From Centroscyllium fabricii (Eukaryota): a DNA stretch of 64,000 nucleotides. Position numbers and translations under genes: made by a program. Location of the stretch: positions 186,001-250,000 of the forward strand of contig JBNRSN020000167.1 of assembly GCA_051313645.2 (NCBI GenBank). The letters run 5' to 3'. Below the pieces are notes generated by a model, which worked only from the letters and a program-made list of their open reading frames with translations, made no database searches and was not told where the DNA came from. Within the stretch, counting starts at the first letter, position 1. Each line of letters begins with the position of its first letter. Positions 37,490 to 50,569 of this stretch are shown in pieces.

Positions 37490-40400
37490 GCAGTCTCCCA
37501 GCAACGCAGTCTCTCAGTAACGCAGTCTCCCAGCAACACAGTCTCCCAGTTACGCAGTTTCCCAGTAACGCAGTCTCCCAGCAACATCTTCTACCAGTAA
37601 CGTAGTCTCCCAGTAACATCATCTCCCAGTAACGCAGTCTCCCAGTAATGAAGTCTCCCAGTAACAGCATCTCCCAGTAACGCAGTGTCCCAGCAATGCA
37701 GTTGCCAAGTAACGCTGTCTCCCTGTAATGCAGTCTGCCAGCAACGCAGTCTCCCAGCAATGCAGTCTCCCAGCAATGCAGTCTCCCAGCAACGCAGTCT
37801 CCCAGCAATGCAGTCTCCCAGTAATGCAGTCCCCCAGCAATGCAGTCTCCCAGTAATGCAGTCTCCCAGTAAAGCAGTCTCCCAGTAATGCTGTCTCCCA
37901 GTAAGGCAGTCTCCTAGTAATGCAGTTCCCCAGTAACGCAGTCTCTCAGTAACATCGTCTCCCAGTAACGCAGTCTCCCAGCAATGCAGACTCCCAGTAA
38001 TGCAGTCTCCCAGTAACGCAGTCTCATAGTAACACAGTCTCCAAGTAACGCAGTCTCCCAGCAATTCAGTCTCCCATTAATGAAGTCTCCCATCCACATC
38101 GTCTCCCAGTAATGCAGACTCCCAGTAATGCAGTCTCCCAGCAATGCAGTCTCCCAGTAATGCAGTCACCCAATAATGCCGTTTCCCAGCAACGCAGCCT
38201 CCCAGTAACACAGTCTCCCAGTAACACTGTCTTCCAGCAACATCTTCTCACAGTAACGCAGTCTCCCAGCAACACAGTCTCCCAGCAACACAGTCTCCAT
38301 GTAACACAGTCACCCAATAACGCAGTCTCCCAGTAACGCAGTCTCCCAGTAACGCAGTCTCCCAGTAACACCGTCTCCCAGTAACACACTCTACCAGTAA
38401 CACAGTCTAGCAGTAATGCAGTCTCCCAGCAAAGCAGTCCCCCAGTAACGCAGTCACCCAGCAAGAAATTCTACCAGTAACACAGTCTACCAGTGACATC
38501 ATCTGCCAGTAACGCAGTCTCCCAGTAACACAGTCTCCCAGTAACGCAGTCTCCTAGTAACGCAGTCTCCCAGTAACGCAGCCTCCCAGTAACATAATCT
38601 CCCAGTGACGCAGTCTCCCAGCAATGCAGTTACCAAGTAACGCAGTCCCGCAGTCATGCAGTCTACCAGTAATGCAGTCTGCCAGCAATGCAGTCTCTAG
38701 GCAATGCAGTCTCCCAGCAATGCAGTCTCCCAGTAATGCAGTCTCCCCGTAACGCAGTCTCCCAGTAACGCAGTCTTCCATTAACGCAGTCTTCCAGTAA
38801 CGCAGTCTTCCAGTAACGCAGTCTCCCAGTAACCTCGTCTCCCAGTAATGCATTCTCCCAATAATATCGTCTTCCAGTAAGACAGTCTCCTAATAATGCA
38901 GTCTCCTAGTAACGCAGTCTCCCAGCAATGCATTCTCCCAGTAATGCATTCTCGCAGCAACGCAGTCTCCCAGCAACACAGACTCCCAGTAACACAGTCT
39001 CCCAGTAACACGGTCTACCAGTAACACTCTCTCCCAGCCACGCAGTCTCCCAGCAACATACGCTCCCAGTAACGCAGACTCCCAGCAACGCAGTCTCCCA
39101 GTAACACAGTCTCCCAGTAACATGGTCTCCCAGCAACGCAGTCTCCCAGCAACGCAGTCTTCTAGCAACGCAGTCTCCCACCAATGCAGTCTCCCAGCAA
39201 TGCAGTCTCCCAGCAACGCAGTCTCCCAGCAACGCAGTCCCCAGCAACGCAGTCTCCTAGCAACGCAGTCTCCAAGTAACACAATCTCCCAATAACGCAG
39301 TCTCCTAGTAACGTAGTCTCCCAGTAATGCAGTCTCCCAGTAACGCAGTCTCCCAGTAACGCAGTCTCCCAGTAACGCAGTCTCCCAGTAACGCAGTCTC
39401 CCAGTAACGCAGTCTCCCAGTAACGCAGTCTCCCAGTAACGCAGTCTCCCAGTAACACAGTCTCCCAGTAACGCAGTCTCCCAGTAACGCAGTCTCCCAG
39501 CAATGCAGTCTCTCAGTAACGCAGTCTCCCAGCAATGCAGTCTCCCAGTTACGCAGTTTCCCAGTAACGCAGTCTCCCAGCAACATCTTCTACTAGTAAC
39601 GTAGTCTCCCAGTAACATCATCTCCCAGTAACGCAGTCTCCCAGTAATGCAGTCTCCCAGTAACAGCGTCTCCCAGTAACGCAGTGTCCCAGCAATGCAG
39701 TTGCCAAGTAACGCTGTCTCCCTGTAATGCAGTCTGCCAGCAACGCAGTCTCCCAGCAATGCAGTCTCCCAGCAACGCAGTCTCCCAGCAATGCAGTCTC
39801 CCAGTAATGCAGTCCCCCAGCAATGCAGTCTCCCAGTAATGCAGTCTCCCAGTAAAGCAGTCTCCCAGTAACGCTGTCTCCCAGTAAGGCAGTCTCGTAG
39901 TAATGCAGTTCCCCAGTAACGCAGTCTCTCAGTAACATCGTCTCCCAGTAACGCAGTCTCCCAGCAATGCAGACTCCCAGTAATGCAGTCTCCCAGTAAC
40001 GCAGTCTCATAGTAACACAGTCTCCAAGTAAAGCAGTCTCCCAGCAATTCAGTCTCCCATTAATGAAGTCTCCCAGCCACATTGTCTCCCAGTAATGCAG
40101 ACTCCCAGTAATGCAGTCTCCCAGCAATGCAGTCTCCCAGTAATGCAGTCACCCAATAATGCCGTTTCCCAGCAACGCAGCCTCCCAGTGACACAGTCTC
40201 CCAGTAACACTGTCTTCCAGCAACATCTTCTCACAGTAACGCTGTCTCCCAGCAACACAGTCTCCCAGCAACACAGTCTCCATGTAACACAGTCACCCAA
40301 TAACGCAGTCTCCCAGTAACGCAGTCTCCCAGTAACACCGTCTCCCAGTAACACACTCTACCAGTAACGCAGTCTAGCAGTAATGCAGTCTCCCAGCAAA

Positions 40401-43400
40401 GCAGTCCACCAGTAACACAGTCACCGAGCAAGAACTTCTACCAGTAACACAGTCTACCAGTGACATCATCTACCAGTAACGCAGTCTCCCAGTAACGCAG
40501 TCTCCCAGTAACGCAGTCTCCTAGTAACGCAGTCTCCCAGTAATGCAGTCTCCCAGTAATGCAGTCTCCCAGTAACGCAGTCTCCCAGTAACGCAGTCTC
40601 CCAGTAACGCAGTCTCCCAGTAACGCAGTCTCCCAGTAACGCAGGCTCCCAGTAACGCAGTCTCCCAGTAACGCAGTCTCTCAGTAACGCAGTCTCCCAG
40701 CAACACAGTCTCCCAGTTACGCAGTTTCCCAGTAACGCAGTCTCCCAGCAACATCTTCTACCAGTAAAGTAGTCTCCCAGTAACATCATCTCCCAGTAAT
40801 GCAGTCTCCCAGTAATGCAGTCTCCCAGTAACAGCATCTCCCAGTAACGCAGTGTCCCAGCAATGCAGTTGCCAAGTAACGCTGTCTCCCTGTAATGCAG
40901 TCTGCCAGCAACGCAGTCTCCCAGCAATGCAGTCTCCCAGCAATGCAGTCTCCCAGCAACGCAGTCTCCCAGCAATGCAGTCTCCCAGTAATGCAGTCCC
41001 CCAGCAATGCAGTCTCCCAGTAATGCAGTCTCCCAGTAAAGCAGTCTCCCAGTAATGCTGTCTCCCAGTAAGGCAGTCTCCTAGTAATGCAGTTCCCCAG
41101 TAACGCAGTCTCTCAGTAACATCGTCTCCCAGTAACGCAGTCTCCCAGCAATGCAGACTCCCAGTAATGCAGTCTCCCAGTAACGCAGTCTCATAGTAAC
41201 ACAGTCTCCAAGTAACGCAGTCTCCCAGCAATTCAGTCTCCCATTAATGAAGTCTCCCAGCCACATCGTCTCCCAGTAATGCAGACTCCCAGTAACGCAG
41301 TCTCCCAGTAACGCAGTCTCCCAGTAACGCAGTCTCCCAGTAACGCAGTCTCCCAGTAACGCAGTCTCCCAGTAACGCAGTCTCCCAGTAACGCAGTCTC
41401 CCAGTAACGCAGTCTCCCAGTAACGCAGTCTCCCAGTAACGCAGTCTCCCAGCAATGCAGTCTCTCAGTAACGCAGTCTCCCAGCAACACAGTCTCCCAG
41501 TTACGCAGTTTCCCAGTAACGCAGTCTCCCAGTAACGCAGTCTCCCAGTAACGCATTCTCCCAGTAACGCAGTCTCCCAGTAACGCAGTCTCCTAGTAAC
41601 GCAGTCTCCCAGTAACGCAGCCTCCCAGTAACATAATCTCCCAGTGACGCAGTCTCCCAGCAATGCAGTTACCAAGTAACGCAGTCCCGCAGTCATGCAG
41701 TCTACCAGTAATGCAGTCTGCCAGCAATGCAGTCTCTAGGCAATGCAGTCTCCCAGCAATGCAGTCTCCCAGTAATGCAGTCTCCCCGTAACGCAGTCTC
41801 CCAGTAACGCAGTCTCCCAGTAACGCAGTCTCCCAGTAACGCAGTCTTCCATTAACGCAGTCTTCCAGTAACGCAGTCTTCCAGTAACGCAGTCTCCCAG
41901 TAACCTCGTCTCCCAGTAATGCATTCTCCCAATAATATCGTCTTCCAGTAAGACAGTCTCCTAATAATGCAGTCTCCTAGTAACGCAGTCTCCCAGCAAT
42001 GCAGTCTCCCAGTAATGCATTCTCGCAGCAACGCAGTCTCCCAGAAACACAGACTCCCAGTAACACAGTCTCCCAGTAACACGGTCTACCAGTAACACTC
42101 TCTCCCAGCCACGCAGTCTCCCAGCAACATACTCTCCCAGTAACGCAGTCTCCCAGCAACGCAGTCTCCCAGTAACACGGTCTCCCAGCAACGCAGTCTC
42201 CCAGCAATGCAGTCTTCTAGCAACGCAGTCTCCCACCAATGCAGTCTCCCAGCAATGCAGTCTCCCAGCAACGCAGTCTCCCAGCAACGCAGTCCCCAGC
42301 AACGCAGTCTCCTAGCAATGCAGTCTCCAAGTAACACAATCTCCCAATAACGCAGTCTCCTAGTAATGTAGTCTCCCAGTAATGCAGTCTCCCAGTAACG
42401 CAGTCTCCCAGTAACGCAGTCTCCCAGTAACGCAGTCTCCCAGTAACGCAGTCTCCCAGTAACGCAGTCTCCCAGTAACGCAGTCTCCCAGTAACGCAGT
42501 CTCCCAGTAACGCATTCTCCCAGTAACGCAGTCTCCCAGTAACGCAGTCTCCCAGTAACGCAGTCTCCCAGTAACACAGTCTCCCAGCAATGCAGTCTCT
42601 CAGTAATGCAGTCTCCCAGCAACACAGTCTCCCAGTTACGCAGTTTCCCAGTAACGCAGTCTCCCAGCAACATCTTCTACTAGTAACGTAGTCTCCCAGT
42701 AACATCATCTCCCAGTAACGCTGTCTCCCAGTAATGCAGTCTCCCAGTAACAGCGTCTCCCAGTAACACAGTGTCCCAGCAATGCAGTTGCCAAGTAATG
42801 CTGTCTCCCTGTAATGCAGTCTGCCAGCAACGCAGTCTCCCAGCAATGCAGTCTCCCAGCAACGCAGTCTCCCAGCAATGCAGTCTCCCAGTAATGCAGT
42901 CCCCCAGCAATGCAGTCTCCCAGTAATGCAGTCTCCCAGTAAAGCAGTCTCCCAGTAACGCTGTCTCCCAGTAAGGCAGTCTCCTAGTAATGCAGTTCCC
43001 CAGTAACGCAGTCTCTCAGTAACATCGTCTCCCAGTAACGCAGTCTCCCAGCAATGCAGACTCCCAGTAATGCAGTCTCCCAGTAACGCAGTCTCATAGT
43101 AACACAGTCTCCAAGTAACGCAGTCTCCCAGCAATTCAGTCTCCCATTAATGAAGTCTCCCAGCCACATTGTCTCCCAGTAATGCAGACTCCCAGTAATG
43201 CAGTCTCCCAGCAATGCAGTCTCCCAGTAACGCAGTCACCCAATAATGCCGTTTCCCAGCAACGCAGCCTCCCAGTGACACAGTCTCCCAGTAACACTGT
43301 CTTCCAGCAACATCTTCTCACAGTAACGCTGTCTCCCAGCAACACAGTCTCCCAGCAACACAGTCTCCATGTAACACAGTCACCCAATAACGCAGTCTCC

Positions 43401-43620
43401 CAGTAACGCAGTCTCCCAGTAACGCAGTCTCCCAGTAACACCGTCTCCCAGTAACACACTCTACCAGTAACGCAGTCTAGCAGTAATGCAGTCTCCCAGC
43501 AAAGCAGTCCACCAGTAACACAGTCACCCAGCAAGAACTTCTACCAGTAACACAGTCTACCAGTGACATCATCTCCCAGTAACGCAGTCTCCCAGTAACG
43601 CAGTCTCCTAGTAACGCAGT
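37490..43620. repeat. Higher-order duplication, ~3.1 kb unit (~37.5-40.5 kb and ~40.65-43.6 kb, second copy internally rearranged)
   Basis: ORF-track pairs are offset by 3167 (37591/40758, 37685/40852, 37914/41081), 3071 (38781/41852) and 3087 (39593/42680, 40095/43182). Confidence 0.8.
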
Positions 43621-43809
43621 CTCCCAGTAACGCAGCCTCCCAGTAACATAATCTCCCAGTGACGCAGTCTCCCAGCAATGCAGTTACCAAGTAACGCAGT
43701 CCCGCAGTAATGCAGTCTACCAGTAATGCAGTCTGCCAGCAATGCAGTCTCTAGGCAATGCAGTCTCCCAGCAATGCAGTCTCCCAGTAATGCAGTCTCC
43801 CAGTAACGC

Positions 43810-46800
43810 AGTCTCCCAGTAACGCAGTCTTCCAGTAACGCAGTCTTCCAGTAACGCAGTCTCCCAGTAACCTCGTCTCCCAGTAATGCATTCTCCCAAT
43901 AATATCGTCTTCCAGTAAGACAGTCTCCTAATAATGCAGTCTCCTAGTAACGCAGTCTCCCAGCAATGCAGTCTCCCAGTAATGCATTCTCGCAGCAACG
44001 CAGTCTCCCAGCAACACAGACTCCCAGTAACACAGTCTCCCAGTAACACGGTCTACCAGTAACACTCTCTCCCAGCCACGCAGTCTCCCAGCAACATACT
44101 CTCCCAGTAACGCAGTCTCCCAGCAATGCAGTCTCCCAGTAACACAGTCTCCCAGTAACACGGTCTCCCAGCAACGCAGTCTCCCAGCAACGCAGTCTTC
44201 TAGCAAAGCAGTCTCCCACCAATGCAGTCTCCCAGCAATGCAGTCTCCCAGCAACGCAGTCCCCAGCAATGCAGTCTCCTAGCAACGCAGTCTCCAAGTA
44301 ACAAAATCTCCCAATAATGCAGTCTCCCAGTAATGCAGTCTCCCAGTAATGCAGTCTCCCAGTAACACAGTCTCCCAGTAATGCAGTCTCCCAGTAACGC
44401 AGTCTCCCAGTAACGCAGTCTCCCAGTAACGCAGTCTCCCAGTAACGCAGTCTCCCAGCAACGCAGTCTCCCAGCAATGCAGTCTCTCAGTAACGCAGTC
44501 TCCCAGCAACATCTTCTACTAGTAACGTAGTCTCCAGTAACATCATCTCCCAGTAACGCAGTCTCCCAGTAATGCAGTCTCCCAGTAACAGCGTCTCCCA
44601 GTAACGCAGTGTCCCAGCAATGCAGTTGCCAAGTAACGCTGTCTCCCTGTAATGCAGTCTGCCAGCAACGCAGTCTCCCAGCAATGCAGTCTCCCAGCAA
44701 TGCAGTCTCCCAGCAACGCAGTCTCCCAGCAATGCAGTCTCCCAGTAATGCAGTCCCCCAGCAATGCAGTCTCCCAGTAATGCAGTCTCCCAGTAAAGCA
44801 GTCTCCCAGTAACGCTGTCTCCCAGTAAGGCAGTCTCCTAGTAATGCAGTTCCCCAGTAACGCAGTCTCTCAGTAACATCGTCTCCCAGTAACGCAGTCT
44901 CCCAGCAATGCAGTCTCCCAGTAACGCAGTCTCATATTAACACAGTCTCCAAGTAACGCAGTCTTCCAGTAACGCAGTCTACCAGTAATGCAGTCTGCCA
45001 GTAACGCAGTCTCCCAGCAATGCCGTCTCCCAGCAATGCAGTCTCTCAGCAATGCAATCTCCCAGCAAAGCTTTCTCCCAGTAATGCAGACTCCCAGTAA
45101 CACAGTCTCCCAGTAACACAGTCTCCCAGTAACGCAGTTTCCCAGTCTCCCAGTAATGCAGTCCCCCAGTAATGCAGTCTCCCAGTAATGCAGTCTCCCA
45201 GTAATGCAGTCTCCCAGTAATGCAGTCTCCCATTATCGCAGTCTCCCAGTAATGCAGTCTCCCATTATCGCAGTCTCCCAGTAACGCAGTCTCCCAGTAA
45301 TGCAGTCTCCCAGTAACGCAGTCTCCCAGTAACGCAGTCTCCCAGTAACGCAGTCTCCCAGTAACGCAGTCTCCCAGTAAAGCAGTCTTCCAGTAACGCT
45401 GTCTTCCAGTAACGCAGTCTTCCAGTAACGCAGTCTTCCAGTAACGCAGTCTCTCAGTAAAGCAGTCTCCCAGTAACGCAGACTCCCAGTAATGCAGTCT
45501 CCCAGTAACGCAGTCTCCCAGTAATGCGGTCTCCCAGCAACGCGGTCTCCCAGCAACGCGGTCTCCCAGTAACGCGGTCTCCCAGTAACGCGGTCTCCCA
45601 GTAACGCAGTTACCCAGTAATGCCGTCTCCGAGTAACAACATCTCCCAGTAAAGCAGTCTCCTAATAATGCAGTCTCACAGCAATGCAATCTCCCAGCAA
45701 TGCAGTCTCCCAGCAATGCCGTTCCCCAGTAATGCCGTCTCCCGGTAATGCAGTGTCCCAGAAACACAGTCTACCAGTAATGCAGTCTGCCAGTTATGCA
45801 GTCCCCCAGCAACGCAGTAACCCAGTAACGCAGTCTCCCAGTAAAGCATTCTCCCAGCAACGCAGTCTCCCAGCAACGCAGACTCACAGCAATACAGTCT
45901 CCCAGTAACACGGTCTACCAGTAACACTGTGCCCGAGCAACGCAGTCTCCCAGCAACGTAGTCTCCCAGTAACGCAGTCTCCCAGCAATGCAGTCTCCCG
46001 GAAACATGGTCTCCCAGTAACACGGTCTCCCAGCAACGCAGTCTCCCAGTAACGCAGTCTCCCAGCAACGCAGTCTCCCAGTAAAGCAGTCTCCCAATAA
46101 TTCAGTCTCCCAGCAAAGCAGTCTCCCAGTAATGCATTCTCGCAGCAATGCAGTCTCCCAGCAACACAGACTCCCAGGAACACAGTCTCCCAGTAACACG
46201 GTCCACCAGTAACACTGTCTCCCAGCCACGCAGTCTCCCAGCAACATACTCTCCCAGCAACGCAGTGTCCCAGCAATGCAGTCTCCCAGTAACGCAGTCT
46301 CCCAGTAACGCAGTCTTCCAGTAATGCAGTCTTCCAGTAACGCAGTCTCCCAGTAACCTCGTCTCCCAGTAATGCATTCTCCCAATAATATCGTCTTCCA
46401 GTAAGACAGTCTCCTAATAATGCAGTCTCCTAGTAACGCAGTCTCCCAGCAATGCAGTCTCCCAGTAATGCATTCTCGCAGCAACGCAGTCTCCCAGCAA
46501 CACAGTCTCCCAGTAACACAGTCTCCCAGTAACATGGTCTACCAGTAACACTCTCTCCCAGCCACGCAGTCTCCCAGCAACATACTCTCCCAGTAACGCA
46601 GTCTCCCAGCAACGCAGTCTCCCAGTAACACAGTCTCCCAGTAACACGGTCTCCCAGCAACGCAGTCTCCCAGCAACGCAGTCTTCTAGCAACGCAGTCT
46701 CCCACCAATGCAGTCTCCCAGCAATGCAGTCTCCCAGCAACGCAGTCCCCAGCAATGCAGTCTCCTAGCAACGCAGTCTCCAAGTAACAAAATCTCCCAA

Positions 46801-48760
46801 TAACGCAGTCTCCCAGTAATGCAGTCTCCCAGTAACGCAGTCTCCCAGTAACGCAGTCTCCCAGTAACGCAGTCTCCCAGTAACGCAGTCTCCCAGTAAC
46901 GCAGTCTCCCAGTAACGCAGTCTCCCAGCAATGCAGTCTCTCAGTAATGCAGACTCCCAGCAACACAGTCTCCCAGTTACGCAGTTTCCCAGTAACGCAG
47001 TCTCCCAGCAACATCTTCTACTAGTAACGTAGTCTCCAGTAACATCATCTCCCAGTAACGCAGTCTCCCAGTAATGCAGTCTCCCAGTAACAGCGTCTCC
47101 CAGTAACGCAGTGTCCCAGCAATGCAGTTGCCAAGTAACGCTGTCTCCCTGTAATGCAGTCTGCCCGCAACGCAGTCTCCCAGCAATGCAGTCTCCCAGC
47201 AATGCAGTCTCCCAGCAACGCAGTCTCCCAGCAATGCAGTCTCCCAGTAATGCAGTCCCCCAGCAATGCAGTCTCCCAGTAATGCAGTCTCCCAGTAAAG
47301 CAGTCTCCCAGTAACGCTGTCTCCCAGTAAGGCAGTCTCCTAGTAATGCAGTTCCCCAGTAACGCAGTCTCTCAGTAACATCGTCTCCCAGTAACGCAGT
47401 CTCCCAGCAATGCAGTCTCCCAGTAACGCAGTCTCATATTAACACAGTCTCCAAGTAACGCAGTCTTCCAGTAACGCAGTCTACCAGTAATGCAGTCTGC
47501 CAGTAACGCAGTCTCCCAGCAATGCCGTCTCCCAGCAACGCAGTCTCTCAGCAATGCAATCTCCCAGCAAAGCTTTCTCCCAGTAATGCAGACTCCCAGT
47601 AACACAGTCTCCCAGTAACACAGTCTCCCAGTAACGCAGTTTCCCAGTCTCCCAGTAATGCAGTCTCCCAGTAATGCAGTCTCCCAGTAATGCAGTCTCC
47701 CAGTAATGCAGTCTCCCAGTAATGCAGTCTCCCAGTAATGCAGTCTCCCATTATCGCAGTCTCCCAGTAACGCAGTCTCCCAGTAACGCAGTCTCCCAGT
47801 AATGCAGTCTCCCAGTAACGCAGTCTCCCAGTAACGCAGTCTCCCAGTAACGCAGTCTTCCAGTAATGCTGTCTTCCAGTAACGCAGTCTTCCAGTAACG
47901 CAGTCTTCCAGTAACGCAGTCTCTCAGTAAAGCAGTCTCCCAGTAACGCAGTCTCCCAGTAATGCAGACTCCCAGTAACGCAGTCTCCCAGTAATGCGGT
48001 CTCCCAGCAACGCGGTCTCCCAGCAACGCGGTCTCCCAGTAACGCGGTCTCCCAGTAACGCGGTCTCCCAGTAACGCAGTTACCCAGTAATGCCGTCTCC
48101 GAGTAACAACATCTCCCAGTAACGCAGTCTCCTAATAATGCAGTCTCACAGCAATGCAATCTCCCAGCAATGCAGTCTCCCAGCAATGCCGTTCCCCAGT
48201 AATGCCGTCTCCCGGTAATGCAGTGTCCCAGAAACACAGTCTACCAGTAATGCAGTCTGCCAGTTATGCAGTCCCCCAGCAACGCAGTATCCCAGTAACG
48301 CAGTCTCCCAGTAAAGCATTCTCCCAGCAACGCAGTCTCCCAGCAACGCAGACTCACAGCAATACAGTCTCCCAGTAACACGGTCTACCAGTAACACTGT
48401 GCCCGAGCAACGCAGTCTCCCAGCAACGTAGTCTCCCAGTAACGCAGTCTCCCAGCAATGCAGTCTCCCGGAAACATGGTCTCCCAGTAACACGGTCTCC
48501 CAGCAACGCAGTCTCCCAGTAACGCAGTCTCCCAGCAACGCAGTCTCCCAGTAAAGCAGTCTCCCAATAATTCAGTCTCCCAGCAAAGCAGTCTCCCAGT
48601 AATGCATTCTCGCAGCAATGCAGTCTCCCAGCAACACAGACTCCCAGGAACACAGTCTCCCAGTAACACGGTCTACCAGTAACACTGTCTCCCAGCCACG
48701 CAGTCTCCCAGCAACATACTCTCCCAGCAACGCAGTGTCCCAGCAATGCAGTCTCCCAGT
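43810..48760. repeat. Higher-order tandem duplication, ~2.5 kb unit (~43.8-46.3 kb and ~46.3-48.8 kb)
   Basis: GTAACCTCG at 43867 and 46353. ORF-track pairs are offset by 2502 (44543/47045, 44609/47111, 44870/47372) and 2470 (45676/48146). Confidence 0.88.
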
Positions 48761-50569
48761 AACACAGTCTCCCAGTAACACGGTCTCCCAGCAAAGCAGT
48801 CTTCCAGCAACGCAGTCTCCCAGCAACGCAGTCTCCCAGAAACACAGTCTTCTAGCAAAGCAGTCTCCCACCAATGCAGTCTCCCAGCAATGCAGTCTCC
48901 CAGCAATGCAGTCTCCCAGCAACGCAGTCTCCCAGCAATGCAGTCTCCCAGTAACGCTGTCTCCCAGTAAGGCAGTCTCCTAGTAATGCAGTTCCCCAGT
49001 AACGCAGTCTCTCAGTAACATCGTCTCCCAGTAACGCAGTCTCCCAGCAATGCAGACTCCCAGTAATGCAGTCTCCCAGTAACGCAGTCTCATAGTAACA
49101 CAGTCTCCAAGTAACGCAGTCTCCCAGCAATTCAGTCTCCCATTAATGAAGTCTCCCAGCCACATCGTCTCCCAGTAATGCAGACTCCCAGTAATGCAGT
49201 CTCCCAGCAATGCAGTCTCCCAGTAACGCAGTCACCCAATAATGCCGTTTCCCAGCAACGCAGCCTCCCAGTTACACAGTCTCCCAGTAACACTGTCTTC
49301 CAGCAGCATCTTCTCACAGTAACGCTGTCTCCCAGCAACACAGTCTCCCAGCAACACAGTCTCCATGTAACACAGTCACCCAATAATGCAGTCTCCCAGT
49401 AACGCAGTCTCCCAGTAACACCGTCTCCCAGTAACACACTACCAGTAACGCAGTCTAGCAGTAATGCAGTCTCCCAGCAAAGCAGTCCACCAGTAACACA
49501 GTCACCCAGCAAGAACTTCTACCAGTAACACAGTCTACCAGTGACATCATCTCCCAGTAACGCAGTCTCCCAGTAACACAGTCTCCCAGTAACGCAGTCT
49601 CCTAGTAACGCAGTCTCCCAGTAACGCAGCCTCCCAGTAACATAATCTCCCAGTGACGCAGTCTCCCAGCAATGCAGTTACCAAGTAACGCAGTCCCGCA
49701 GTAATGCAGTCTACCAGTAATGCAGTCTGCCAGCAATGCAGTCTCCCGGCAATGCAGTCTCCCAGCAATGCAGTCTCCCAGTAATGCAGTCTCCCAGTAA
49801 CGCAGTCTCCCAGTAACGCAGTCTCCCAGTAACGCAGTCTTCCAGTAACGCAGTCTTCCAGTAACGCAGTCTCCCAGTAACCTCGTCTCCCAGTAATGCA
49901 TTCTCCCAATAATATCGTCTTCCAGTAAGACAGTCTCCTAATAATGCAGTCTCCTAGTAACGCAGTCTCCCAGCAATGCAGTCTCCCAGTAATGCATTCT
50001 CGCAGCAACGCAGTCTCCCAGCAACACAGACTCCCAGTAACGCAGTCTCCCAGCAACGCAGTCTCCCAGTAACACAGTCTCCCAGTAACACGGTCTCCCA
50101 GCAATGCAGTCTCCCAGCAACGCAGTCTTCTAGCAACGCAGTCTCCCACCAATGCAGTCTCCCAGCAATGCAGTCTCCCAGCAACGCAGTCTCCCAGCAA
50201 CGCAGTCCCCAGCAACGCAGTCTCCTAGCAACGCAGTCTCCAAGTAACACAATCTCCCAATAACGCAGTCTCCTAGTAACGTAGTCTCCCAGTAATGCAG
50301 TCTCCCAGTAATGCAGTCTCCCAGTGATGCAGTCTCCCAGTAACGCAGTCTCCCAGTAACGCAGTCTCCCAGTAACGCAGTCTCCCAGTAATGCAGTCTC
50401 CCAGTAACGCAGTCTCCTAGCAATGCAGTCTCTCAGTAACGCAGTCTCCCAGCAACACAGTCTCCCAGTTACGCAGTTTCCCAGTAACGCAGTCTCCCAG
50501 CAACATCTTCTACTAGTAACGTAGTCTCCCAGTAACATCATCTCCCAGTAACGCAGTCTCCCAGTAATG

